A stretch of DNA of 64,000 nt from Takakia lepidozioides (Eukaryota > Plantae > Bryophyta), in contig CM060734.1 in the NCBI GenBank assembly GCA_030704615.1, positions 42,966,001-43,030,000 on the forward strand, written 5' to 3'. Of this stretch, positions 1 through 12,231 are shown in pieces (the stretch's first letter is position 1; every line of letters begins with the position of its first letter). The notes below the pieces were generated by a model. That model was not told the DNA's origin. It ran no database searches and was given only the letters and a program-made list of their open reading frames with translations. The translations under genes were made by a program, and so were the position numbers.

Positions 1-1480
1 ACAGGGCAAGACTGCAAATAGGGACTTATTCCAAGAAGGGAGTTTCTTTAAAACTCAGGGTTATGCTTGTACCAAGACCGTGTACCCAGGCCGTGTACCC
101 AGGGCTAAGGGAGGTAGACCAGGTATTGAACGTTCTGTTTGCCATGAAACAGAACCAACAGTATTTGAGCAGATCCTTCGTAGAGGAAATACTCAAAGCC
201 CTGAGAGGAGAAGAGGTAGCATGGGCGGACATAATGTACAACGCACTGGTAGAGGAGATGAAGAGATTACAAGGCACTGCCGCAAAGTCTCCTATCATAG
301 TGTCTGGGCCAATCATTGCACAAATTATTCTAGACTCGTGCATACTTGATGCGAGAGAAAGGAAGGAGATGGGAGTGTTTGAGACAGCAACCACTGCCAT
401 AGAAGAGCAAGGTTCTTCACAGGGTGAAGGGGGATTGGCAGAGCATCAACAGCCTAAGAGGCAAATGAAAGCAATCACATTAGAAGCAGAACCATTGGCT
501 ACGAGACAGCTAGAGGAAGAAGTTATTCATACTCTTGTGCAAGAGGGGGCACAGCAGCACAGAGAGATGTGGGTACAAACAACGCAACCTGTGGAGAGAG
601 AACAGGAGGTTACTTCAGTATCACAGCCATCACAGCCAGATGATCGGCTTGTCACAGAGTTACCACAAGTTGTCCATGCAGTTCCACCACAAATAATTGA
701 TTTGGAGAAAGAAGGGTTAGATATCCCCACTACAGAACAGGTGGTGGCAGAAATTGAGAAGGGGGACCTTCTCAATGAAAATTCTGGTTTGGTTAGGGAA
801 ACAGTGATTCCGGAGGTGTAGCGGTTGTCCAGGGGAAACCCTGCTGTTGTTGTAATACCCACACCTCTGACGGAGGTACCACAGGTAGAATGTCAAGACA
901 CTGCAGCACCTGTAGCGGATGAGGTGGTTCAGGAAGAAAATCTGGTGCGGCAATGGCCTGAATGGTTCGTGAGGCATCACACTGTTGAGGATCAGGGAGA
1001 ACAACAGCAAACTCACCATGATGACCCTCAACAGGCCATGCTTATGAGTTCCATAACCAGGACACTTAATTTGTTGGGCACTTATGTCAAATCCTATGTT
1101 CCAACTACCCAATTGGCAGCTTTGAGGGAGGAACTCAGGAAAGAGTTTGAAGCTCGACTTGTCACTGAGTGTGCAAACAAGGTCAGAGGATACAACAGCT
1201 GCTTTGCAGTTGGCCAAGGAACATTTGATTGAAGCAGGCCTCGCGCAGGACCAGTTGCACGAAGCACATAAGCAACAGCTATACTAAATGCAGGTGAAGC
1301 ATGAGAACAAGTTGCAAGAAGTGAATGCACTACATACTGAGTTGCACACAGTGCATGACAGGATGACCATACAATGTGCTACACTCACAACTACACTTGA
1401 GCAAACTACATTAGAAGTTAACAGCCAAGCGGAAAGATGTATAAAGGCACAGGCAGATAATGTCGAGCATACAAAACTCA
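1..1480 (+). pseudogene. Fragment of the 3' extra ORF (plant-transposon-protein-like N-terminus plus coiled coil) of the Athila/Phygy-like LTR retrotransposon
   Basis: ORFs 63-821, 825-1232 and 1288-1500 closely match the copies at 37442-39459 (+) and 24744-26936 (-). Broken by stops, a small duplication and a deletion. Confidence 0.85.
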
Positions 1481-2674
1481 TCTGTGGCACCTTATTGTAG
1501 ACATAGGCTATATCAAGCAATCAATCAAATTGCCCATGTGACAGGAAACACAGACCTGAACAGCAAGGTGACCAGTTATAATGTGAAGCCGGAAAGGCGA
1601 GAAACAGTCATGGACTTTGATGATTCTATGCCAGTAATCCAGTTGAGAATTGGAAGCACAGAACTAACTGATGTATTGATAGATGGAGGATTTGAAATGA
1701 ATATCATGACAGACCAATTAAGGCAAAAGCTTGGTCTAAGTAACATGAAACCAGCCCATTTACAGTAACAATGGCAGATCAAAAAAGTGTACAGCCATTG
1801 GGATTGATAAGAGGAGTTAAGATACAGATTCAAAAGATGATATTTATGATCACAGTAACTTTGTTGAAAATGGATGAAGTCATGGAAGCTTACTCCTTAT
1901 TGTTGGGACGTCCGTGGCTGAAACAGGCCAGGGTATTCCATGACTGGATTCCCAGTTACTAACTGTGCATGATGGGATGCACAAGATACAAATTACCACA
2001 AAGAAATCTAGTAGATTACCTGCTACAAGAAGACCTCGAGGGGTCAGGGAGAATGACTGGAGGGGAAGACTTGATGAGGAGCAGGAAGCTACCCTGTTCG
2101 CTGCACACCCAGAGTGGGAGCAGGTTGCAGAGATGCAACTGGAAGGCCTAAGTTGTTTAAAAGGTATCTGCTGTGGTGTAGTGACAGCAACACCAATTGA
2201 GGGTGAAACAAGCAGTTACCCACCACCTTTCTATGAAGAAAGAGAGGGAAAAATGGAAATCCTAAAGGAACCAGCCACTGTGAGTTTACAGGATGAAGTG
2301 ATGACTGGTTTGACAATCACAGCTGATGAGCAGGGTGAGAGAGTGAATGTGAGAACTGAAGAGGAACCGATGATGTTGAAGGTAGGGGCTGATTTGGAGC
2401 CAGAATTCTTTGAGAAAGCTAAGAGTTTGTTCATCAAATACAGAGATGTATTTGGGGGCTGCTATTTCATGAGCGGCATGAGCATGAGCGGAAAAAAAAA
2501 AAGCATGAGCAGACCATTGTGAGTCCACGGAAATAGGGTTAGGAGGCACGGAAATAGGGTCATGTGAAGTTGGAATGTGGCACCAGTGGACTTGAAATGC
2601 AACATTTTATTGCAAATTTTGTGGCAAGCCACGTCTATACAAGTGTGTTCTAACTGTCATAGGCGGAATGGGCA

Positions 2675-2860
2675 CTACTCTCCTACACCCTCCGAGGAAC
2701 TTGCCCCATCATCCCCCTCATCCCCCTCATCCCCCTCATCCTCCGAGCTTTGTGATGCATCATTTTTACTATGCCTCTCAAAAATCCCGTCCTCTTGGGG
2801 GACTGTCCACCTCACCTCCTGGGAATCTTCTGCATCTTCTCCCCCATCTTCTCCCCCAAA
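2675..2860 (-). pseudogene. C-terminal remnant of the MULE cargo gene
   Basis: Peptide VRWTVPQEDGIFE..ASQS matches PRWTVPAGEDGIFE.RASQS near the end of the 12232-16806 gene. Same strand and same position within the element. Confidence 0.75.
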
Positions 2861-5330
2861 TTTTGCGCGCCGACCTACCTGGCGGATGGAAATCCGCGCC
2901 GGATTTCCATCCATCCGCTCTTCGAATTACCTCCATGACTGGAAAAATGGCGCCGAATTTCCGATTTTGGTGTCAGTCAGATCTGGGACTTAGCTGTTTT
3001 TGGCCCCGAACTAGAAAAATGGCGTGTTTTTTTTTTTTTTTTTCTTTTTTTTTTTTTCTTTTCTGGCGCCATTTTTCCAGTTCGGGGCCGAAAATGGCTA
3101 AATCCCAGATCTGACTGGCACCAAAATCGGAAATTCGGCGCTATTTTTCCAGTCATGCAGGTAATTCGAAGAGCGGATGGATGGAAATCCGGCGCCGGAT
3201 TTCCATCCGCCAGGTAGGTCGGCGCGCAAAATTTCCATCATGCAGGTAATTCAGAGCGCGGATGGATGGATATCCGGCGCCAGATTTCCATCCGCCAGGT
3301 AAGTCGGCGCCCAAAATTTCCGTCATGCAGGTAATTCGAAGAGCGGATGGATGGATCCGTCGCCGGATTTCCACCGCCAGGAAGGTCGGCGCGCAAAATT
3401 TCCATCAGCAGGTAATTCGGAGCGCGGATGGATGGAAATCCGGCGCCGGATTTCCATCCTCCAGGTAAGTCGGCGCTGCAAATTCGGTAGGACGGCGAGC
3501 CAAATTTCCCTCACGCAGGTAATTCGGAAGCGGATGGATGGAAATCCGGCGCCGGATTTCCATCCGCGCAGGGAGGGCGGCGCGCGAAATTTCCCTCACG
3601 CAGGTAATTCCGAAGCGGATGGATGGAAATCCGGCGCCAAATTTCCATCCTGCAGGTAATTCAAATCCCCGATGGATGGAAATTCGGCGCCGAATTTCCG
3701 TCCAACACGTAAGTGGAATCCCCGCTGGTTGAAAATCCGGCGCCGAATTTCCATCCAGCAGGTAAGTGGAATCCCGGATGGATGGAAATCCGGCGCCGAA
3801 TTTCCGTCCAGCAGGTAAGTGGAATCCCGGATGGATGGAAATCCCGCGCCGAATTTCCATCCTGCAGGTAATTCGAATCCCGGATGGATGGAAATTCGGC
3901 GCCAAATTTCCATTCACCAGGGTGTTTCATCGCTCTCAGAATTACCTTCCTGCAGGTAATTCTGATCGATGAAGGTAGGAAGGTAATTCCTCGCTCGGAA
4001 TTACCTGCAGGAAGGTAATTTATCGATCAGAATTACCTACAGGAAGGTAATCCTGAGCGATGAAATACCTGGTGAATGGAAATTCGGTGCCGAATATCCA
4101 TACGCCAGCGATCCGACTTACCTGCTGGATGGAAATTCGGCGCTGGATTTCCATCCATCCGGGATTCCACTTACCTGCTGGATGGAAATTCGGCGCCGAA
4201 TTCCATCCATCCGGGATTCGAATTACCTGCAGGATGGAAATGCGGCGCCGGATTTCGATCCATCCGGGATTCCACTTACGTGCTGGATGGAAATTCGGCC
4301 CCGGATTCCATCCATCCGGATTGCACTTACCTGCTGGATGGAAATTCGGCGCCGAATTTCCATCCGGGGATGGTCTCTGTCGGAGAGGTGCCGGCCTCTC
4401 CGCCGCTCTGTTGGATATTCGGTGCCGAATTTCCGTCCGGGGGTTGAAATATGACGGCCAGGTGCCGACCTCTCCCCCCTCCCCGACTGCATTGGAACAG
4501 CCCCGGATTGAAATTCGGAGACGTTTTCCCATCTGGGGAGGTTTTTTATGTCGGCCAGTTTTCGGTCTGACCCCCGACACGACTTCCTTTGGGAGGGCCC
4601 GGATGGAATCGGCGCCGAATCTCCATCCGGGGATGCTCTCTGTCGAACAGTGCCGACCTCTACGCCCGAGGCGACTTCATCCGAGCGTCCCCTGTTCGAT
4701 ATTCGGTGCCGAATTTCCGTCCGGGGGTTGAAATGTGACGGCCAAGTGCCGGCCTCTCCCCTCTCCCCGAGTACACCGAACCGCCCCGGATGGAAATTCA
4801 GCGCGCGTTTTTCCATCTGGGGATGTTTTTATGTGCCGGCCAGTTTTCGGCCTGACCCCCCGCACACGACTTCCTTTGGGGGGATGCCCGGGTGGGGGGG
4901 GGGGGGCGAATCTCCATCCAGGGGATGCTCTCTGTCGAACACGTGCCGACCTCTACGCCCGAGGCGACTTCATCCGAGCGTCCCCTGTTCGATATTCGGT
5001 GCCGAATTTCCGTCCGGGGGTTGAAATGTGACGGCCAAGTGCCAGCCTCTCCCCTCTCCCCGAGTGCATCCGAACCGCCCCCCTGATGGAAATTCGGCGC
5101 CGTTTTTCCATCTGGGGATGTTTTATCCGGCCATTTTTCGGCCTGACCCCCCGACACGACTGTCCTTTTGGGGGGCCCGGATGGAAATTCGGCGCCGAAT
5201 CTCCATCCAGGGATGTTCTCTGTCGCACACGCGCCGGCCTCTACGCCCGAGGCAACTTCATCCGGGCTTCCCCTGTTGGATATTGGGTGCCGAATTTCCA
5301 TTTGGGGGTAGTAATGTGACGGCACGGTGC
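2858..5330. repeat. Array of palindromic GGATGGAAAT(T/C)CGGCGCCG(A/G)ATTTCCATCC units: two foldbacks plus ~300-bp tandem repeats
   Basis: Inverted arms at 2858-3024 and 3068-3235 around a poly-T loop. ~60-bp tandem units 3150-3910, mirrored around ~3995. About 3.5 copies of a ~300-bp unit at 4350-5330. Confidence 0.9.
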
Positions 5331-5659
5331 CGGCTTCTCCCCTTCAGCCGTCATCATCCCCGGACGGCCCCCCACTTTCTGACTGCATACCGGGGGGGGG
5401 GGGGGGGGGGGGGGGTTTTTTTGGGGGGGGGGGGGGGGGGGGGGGCCCCCCCCAGTTATTGCGCAAAGGGACCAGGCCGCATTCGGGGAGACAAGGCTTC
5501 ATTAAAACACCTCTGACTGTGGATTTTGGGAGATGAGTTGGCTCCCTGGATTTGGATCAGGCTTCGTCGCTCGGACAAAATCGGCATCGCATTCATTCCC
5601 ATCGCTGCATCCCCCTTCTACCAGGGAGCTTCCCGCAACGCCATCCTGGCAGTCTTGTG

Positions 5660-8303
5660 TGCACATCTCCCATGGCGGAAAACCCCCGAGCGCTACAGTG
5701 TACTGCCCTCCTCACGAGCATAGAGCTTCATTTCCGTGCAGAGGGGACATCTGCCGGGTGATGGAGAAATATCTGTGCGTTCGATACCACCTGAAAACCG
5801 GGGTCGGTTTTTTTGGAAGAGGAAAGGAAAGGACTCTAACGGGCCTTGTTGTCGAGAGTATTGTTGTGCTGCACGATGATTTTTCGCGATGGCAAGGAAT
5901 GGCGAGTTCCACCATCGGACAGCGTCATATACAGGGCTGTTGGGGACTTCATTTGCCCGCCAAATGCACCTTCTTCCTGGCGCCTTCCACGAAACAATCC
6001 GCAAATCAGAGAGTGGCTACCTCAAAGAGAGAAGTCCGCCAACGAAGAAATCCAGAGCCGAACCCATCCATGAAGACGAGCGAGAACCGGGTTGTTCACA
6101 ACCTGTCCGACTCAGACGACGTCATGGAAGTTCCGAGGTCGTCCTGGAGATCAGGCAAGTCCTCAATGGACGTCAGTGGAGGAGGGGAGTCATATTCCCA
6201 GCATGAGCACCACAGTTCAAACGAGTGGGAACTTGTCAAACATTTGGGTCATGTTCGACCATATCAAGCGAATTACAAATCTCCAGTGGGTTGACAATGG
6301 GTGCACATGTCTACGACACACCACGCCGGATGCTAATGACAATTGCTATTTGTGAGATGAAAGGAGAGGACACACAATCGGAGATTGCTTCTTTGGCAGG
6401 GAATAACGAACAGATGGCCAAAGGCGGGATTGCCCCCTCCCAATTTCCGTGGTTTCATGGCGGACAACGCACAAGCAAATTGGGCTGCCATCCGAAGGGT
6501 GTACGGCAAGACCCCCATGTTCCCATGGAAGGCAAGGAGAGATCTTGTGGGTTCCATTTTCTGCAAAGCCTTTCGCAGTACACAAACCAGGTCGTGGGCC
6601 AGATTTCAGAGAGGAGCACCGTTCCATGTGCCCTTGCGTGGAAGCGCGCTCCCACCTTGGATGATGCAGAGACACAGTTTGCATGCATACGGGCTTGGTG
6701 GGACATCGTCAGGGTGCTGTAAGGAAATCAGACGAGGGAGCAATGGTCAGTTGGCTAGCATGGTGGCATTATCGTTTCCTCCAGTTCGGCGACTAATGCG
6801 GGAGGTGAGTTGCACGAATTCGCGTCCCGTTGAATATTATTCTTGGCCATATTTGTAACTTGCTTGTAACTTGCTTGTGCAGGAAATGTGTCTCAACTCC
6901 GAACACGACATGGCCCACGACAAACATGGCCGAATCAGTGCACTCTTCCTGGCGTGCCTCCTCTGCAGCGCATCTGGTGGACATCCTCACTGCCACAACG
7001 GAGGACATTGTGAGGTCAATTATGCAGCCAATGCAGGTACAACGAGTTCTTGAAAGGGAAACAGTGGGGCTTGGGGCCGGACAGGCAGGAAAATGTTGAT
7101 GCGGACTGCCTCTAGATCGAAGAATCCTCGGAAGTGGGCGGCGGCCTTGCGAGAGGGCCTTCGGACACGCCATTGTTGCGAAGAGGCCAACATCTGGAAG
7201 GAGATGTTCATAACCGTCCAGTGAGACGAAGACTTGATGAGGCACCTGGCGGAGAAGAGGATTCATGGCAAGCTGACAAGAATATTCGCACGCTCCCTCG
7301 TGGTCCGGTGATGTTGCCCGAGGAGGTCTCGTCGAGCACCGCAAGTCCTGCACGTTCAAGATCGCCATCTCCTTTGAGCACAGGGCGCGTGCCCCGGCAA
7401 ACATAACGAGCCATCTGTAGTAAAGCAGTACAACATTCCCATTGTGGAGACAAGAGTGTCGGAGTCACAGTGGAGAATTGCGAGGATATTGCCGGCATTT
7501 CGAGGGAAGTGCTGCGCCATCCGGGTGGATACGAGAGCACGCTGTGGTGAGATGATTCGGAGGAACCCACACGGTGCTGTACTTGCACCTTGTTTCAGCG
7601 GCAGATTTTTTACTCCCACATTTGCTCACACCACAATGCAGACATTTTGGTTCTGTAGGCACGATATAATGACCTGTGTATTTGGCAAGCCCCAAGTACG
7701 GGATTCAGGGAATGCCGAAGCCTCCGGGCGTCTGGCCTGTTGCACCGGGTTGTAGCCTCTCTCAGAATGAGGCGGATGCTCTATCTGCAGCAGGATTTCG
7801 AATGGTGCAACGCACAGACATCCCGGCCCACGCATTTCGGTTCCTCAGACCCAGCCATTGCAGACTGCTCGGTCCAGTAGAGACGGATTGGACAATTCTG
7901 CACATCCCACAATGCGATTCGGAAGAGTGAAGAGACGACACCCTCCCAACAAGTTGAATGAGACTCGGATTGCCAATGCTCTTGGGATGGCTTGCACTAT
8001 TCAGAGCTCCGTGGACGTACCCCCACCCGGCCTTGGGCGTGTGTATCGGATGGCAACGGCCGGTTCGCTGTACGCGACGATGTATACACAATTACGATTG
8101 GAGTGGAGCCGACTTGCAATTGTACGGACTTCTCGTTGATGGAACCAAAGAAGGGTTCCAAGTATTATCCGTGCAAGCATCTGTATTACATTTACCTGAA
8201 GAGGTTGAGGATGAACGTGACTATTGATGACTTTATTCATGCACCGGCGTTGAGCGTGAACGAGCTGCACAAACTCCTCCTTAGGGATTCCAGAAATCAT
8301 TGA
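5660..8303 (+). pseudogene. Degraded MULE transposase (homolog of 19315-22913)
   Basis: VMFDH, FRGFMADNAQANW, CGFHF, TTNMAESVHSSW and a SWIM end (CNC..FS..CKHLYY) lie in shifting frames. Intron at ~6805-6882 is in the same position as in MULE-2. The GCM-like region is deleted near 6230. Confidence 0.9.
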
Positions 8304-9474
8304 TGGGCAAAGGAATCCTCCATATGGATATTTTCAAATTGCATTTTGCTGTATCAGACTTTTTTTTGCAGTGTAATGAAATGCACCCCAAAACTCCTGG
8401 AATGAGGCAATATTCCATTCAAACTGAGATCCAACAGAAGCAGTTGTGGGGCCATTTCTGGAAAAATGGCGCCGAATTTCTCTTTTGGGGCTGAAAACTG
8501 GCTAAGTCCCAACATGCATTGGTACAGTGTCTGGAAAAATGGCGCCGAATTTCCCTATTTTGCGCCGGAAACTGGCTAAGTCCGAACATGCACTGGAAAA
8601 ATGGCGCCGAATTACCTGTCATGAGGGGACCTATAGCCGCGGAATTCGGCACCATTTTTCGCCAGAGAGACCTATTACCGCGAAATACGTCGCCGTTTTT
8701 TCAGGTTACGGACCCTATTACCGCGAAATTCGGCGCCATATTTGCACATGTCGCTGGGAATTGGCATGAGCGGAAGACGAAATATCATGAGCACAACTGT
8801 CAAAACTGCAATTTTCCCTTCAAGGGGCCGAATAATATATTTGTTTTTCCTGACACATTGCATTAAATTATTGTTTTTTATTATTTTTTATTTTCGAAAT
8901 TTGTACTTCTGCTCATGAAAACCGATTGTCTTACTACTCTGCTCAAGCCGCTCATGCCGCTCATGCTCATGAAATAGCAAACCTCGATGTATTTGCTTGG
9001 AGCTACGAGGATCTAAAAGGGATACCACCTGAGATCTGTCAGCATAAGATTGAACTGGAACCAGGGTCAGTACCAATCAAACAGACAAGGTACAGAATGA
9101 ATCCCAACTACGCACAGAAGGTTGGAGAAGAGATCAAGAAGTTGGCTGAGGTTAAGTTTATATACCCGATAGAGTATACAACTTGGTTGTCACCCATTGT
9201 GATAGTTCCCAAGAAGAATGGTAAACTGAGAGTTTGTGTGAACTATAAGAAGTTGAATGCTTGCACGAAGAAAGATCATTTCCCCTTGCCATTCACAGAA
9301 GCGGTATTGGACACTGTGGCAGGCCATGAGATGTACTCATTCATGGATGGCTTCAGTGGTTATAATCAAGTGCAAGTGGCAGAAGAAGACCAGGGAAAGA
9401 CAGCTTTCATCACAGAGTGGGGTGCTTATGCATACAAAGTCATGCCTTTTGGACTTTGTAATGCACCAGCAACC

Positions 9475-10482
9475 TGTCGCGCGGCTTTTACTCACCCATC
9501 CCTTCACTATCCGAGGCGGAAACTCCAAGATAGAAGAGTTGGAAATCTCTAAGTACTCAGCCCGCTCAGAACAATCAGTTATGACCTACAGCTAGTGTAT
9601 CATGGGGGGGTTTCCTATTTGTTTCCCTTTCCGTATTCATGTTGCTTCATCAATCTATCGGATTCCATCAACTCATCCATTCATTCCACAGCTTCACTCA
9701 GATCTCTCTACACAGTGTGATTGTATCGTATAAGTATCAGATTACGATTTATCAGGTATCAGGCCGAAGCCATTGTGTCTCTAATCTGCTCTACAATATT
9801 ACTACAGCTTTGCATATAACAAGCATCTACTAATCATCTTTCCTCCTTCACCGTGCTCTCCATCTTTGCTTCCGTTCTTCCTCTCCGCCCGATCCCCTCT
9901 CCTGCATGACCAAGAAGTCCTCCCTCTGAAGTGCCTCCAAGAATCCCCTTCTCAGTCCTTGCTTCTCGCTTTATCTTCCTACCCGTGGCTCTAACCGTTT
10001 CCCTCACTAACCGTCGTCCGTGAACTAACATGTTCCATTTGCAGGTGTTGTTTCCCACAGTCGTTCCCTGTCCTGCTCTCCGTTCCCTATGGTCGTGACA
10101 GCTGTGCCAAGCTGTGACTGGCTGTGTGAAACTGTGACGGGCTGTGACTGGCTGTGCGACTGTGTTTGGCTGTGTCGGGCTGTGATTGGCTGTGTGGCTG
10201 TGTCGGCTGTGACGAGCTGTGTTGGCTGTGATGGCTGTGTCGGGCTGTGATGAGCTGTGCTGACTGTGTCTGGCTGTGTTGGCCGTGACTGGCTGTGTGG
10301 CTGTGTCGGCTGTGACGACTGTGACGGGCTGTGTGACAGACTGACTAACCCAGACTGTGTAACCCCCTCTACAGTGCGCTGCTGTCACCCCTAAGGCTCC
10401 TGTTGGTCTCAGTCTGTGCAAAAATTAAGGGTACCCTACAGATCCCGTATAGTGTCTAAGTCCCCCAGACAGTCCTCTAACA
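9475..10482 (-). repeat. 3' LTR (family A)
   Basis: TG...CA ends. Reverse complement of TGTTAGAGGACTG...AAAAGCCGCGCGACA. Adjacent PPT and internal CACAGCC repeats. Confidence 0.95.
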
Positions 10483-12231
10483 TTAACCCCTTCCCCCTCT
10501 CAAAAAGCCGTGTCCCTCACGGTTTTATGATTTGCGACTTAGCAAACCTTTGTGAGTGAGCACCTTTCCTTCTGACGTTGAGAGTTCTCGTGGCGGACTA
10601 TGTGTACGAGCCCGAGGTCTGTCACTGGTTGACGGAGATGTTTGAACACTACCACCGGATAAGTGAGGCCCTCTGGAGGCTGATATCGAGGTAACCTTTC
10701 CAGGCATAGAGACCCCCTTCGCTTCTTCTCTGCATCTGAATGCATAGTCTTCTCCCATGTCAAAAGAATCCGCTGAAGAAACAGTCGTATTCAGAATCCT
10801 CATCGCCTCTCAGGTGTTTTAAATTGTCGAACTTTTTGTGGAATCCTCTGGGGCATACAATGTTGTCCTACCATGTCTGGAAGTTTTGTTTTACAACCTG
10901 CAGTAAACGCTGAACAAATTGGTGAAGACTACTGAGCTCCTTGTCTTCCATGTTGAGTGGTGTACCAATTACTTGTGCACCGTGCAAGTATTCCATGCCA
11001 CATGTCCCTTATAGAAAATATCATCAAGTCCGAATTTTTTGTGTTGACAAAGTTGTTCCAGGCCGCTTGAAACCATGAACGAATTGAGAATCCTTTTCAT
11101 CATAACTTTTGCCTCATATAGGTACATAGAGGTGGCCTGAGGTAAGACCCAATGATCCCCACTGGAATAACTCAGAAAGCGCATTGCCTTTTGTGTGCTC
11201 CTCATGTGATACGATACAGAAACAGCAGCGTAGTATAATAACCCGCATCCCATGACATACTTGCTACCTCCTTGTCTTGGTATAAATGAATCCATTCAAC
11301 TTGGAAGGCAATTAATTCCTTCAACATTGTACTTGCCTCATGCCAGTATTGTGCAAAGTGATGATCCTCAATATGTCGATTGTTCGGAAGAACTTTAGTC
11401 TTAGTTGCCACTGGCAGCCAAATACGCATGATTTGGTAGTAATGTGCGAATGACTGCGGAGGACTAAATTCTTTCCAAGCTAAATCCAACATGATGGGAA
11501 TTTGGTTGAAGGGCATAATCATAGCCCTACTGTACTCCCTTGCAGCGAGGTTTACTATTTCATGAGCGCATGAGCCCATGAGCCTATGAGCCTATGAGCT
11601 CATGAGCGGGCATCCGCGGAATTGGAATTTTCCTGCCTTTATTGACGGTGTTATGTCCTCTTACCTCGGTAATAGGGTCTGTTTCTCCTGGTCCAGGATG
11701 CGGAATGAGGAATTTCGGCGCCGTTATTCCCAAGAGCAGTGTGCTAAAATGGTGTTTTGAAGACATCCACCGGGGTATTTCGGCACCGAAATTACCTCTT
11801 AAAATGTGATATAGTGCGGTATTTAAAGGCGCAGAACGGGCAATTTCGGCGCCGAAATACCCAAGTGGAATGTGGTGAAGTGCCTTGTGCTGAAGGCTTC
11901 CATCGCAATATTTTGGTGCAGTAATTCATCCGTGGAATTTTTGAGGCCCATATAACGAAGGCGCAAACTGGGCTATTTCGGCGCCAAATTTCCAATAGGA
12001 ATGTTAGAAACGCAGGGTTTTCATGGCTTCAAGTTCCCGGCTCGATGGTGTGCATAAATTACTTGTAGGGTTCTTCACTGAAGTTTGCTCTTCTGCTTTA
12101 TTATAGATTTTGGTTGGCGGAAGAAATGTAGGGAATGGACAAGCAGTCTGAACACAATGATTTTTCAAATCGTCAATATTTTCATTAAGTGTTTCAGAAC
12201 TGTACAACAAAAGGATCCAAATGAGACTTTG

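Larger units (their letters stand above)
2454..8985 (+). mobile_element. MULE-1: Mutator-like DNA transposon, internally deleted derivative
   Basis: Perfect 9-bp TSD GATGTATTT (2445-2453, 8986-8994); the empty site is seen in the pol copy near 53025. Short imperfect TIRs GGGGGCTGCTATTTCATGAGC / GAGGTTTGCTATTTCATGAGC (rc) with CATGAG repeats. Degraded MULE transposase inside. Confidence 0.95.
1481..9474 (+). pseudogene. Gypsy pol fragment (aspartic protease to N-terminal RT), split by MULE-1 and cut by an LTR at 9475
   Basis: Protease-like VLIDGG and LLLGRPWL at 1670-1920. IKYRDVF|AWSYEDLKGIP continues across the 2454-8985 insertion. RT motifs SFMDGFSGYNQ and MPFGLCNAPAT at 8986-9474. Confidence 0.9.

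Noticed and set aside
3153-5325. Many overlapping ORFs (MEIRRRISIH..., WKFGAEFP...)
   Set aside because: Translation artefacts of GC-rich palindromic repeats in all frames.
5391-5453. Poly-G tracts as a G-quadruplex element
   Set aside because: They lie beside a frameshift-dense region and look like low-quality sequence. Many single-base indels here and at 31400-34750 may be read errors rather than real decay.
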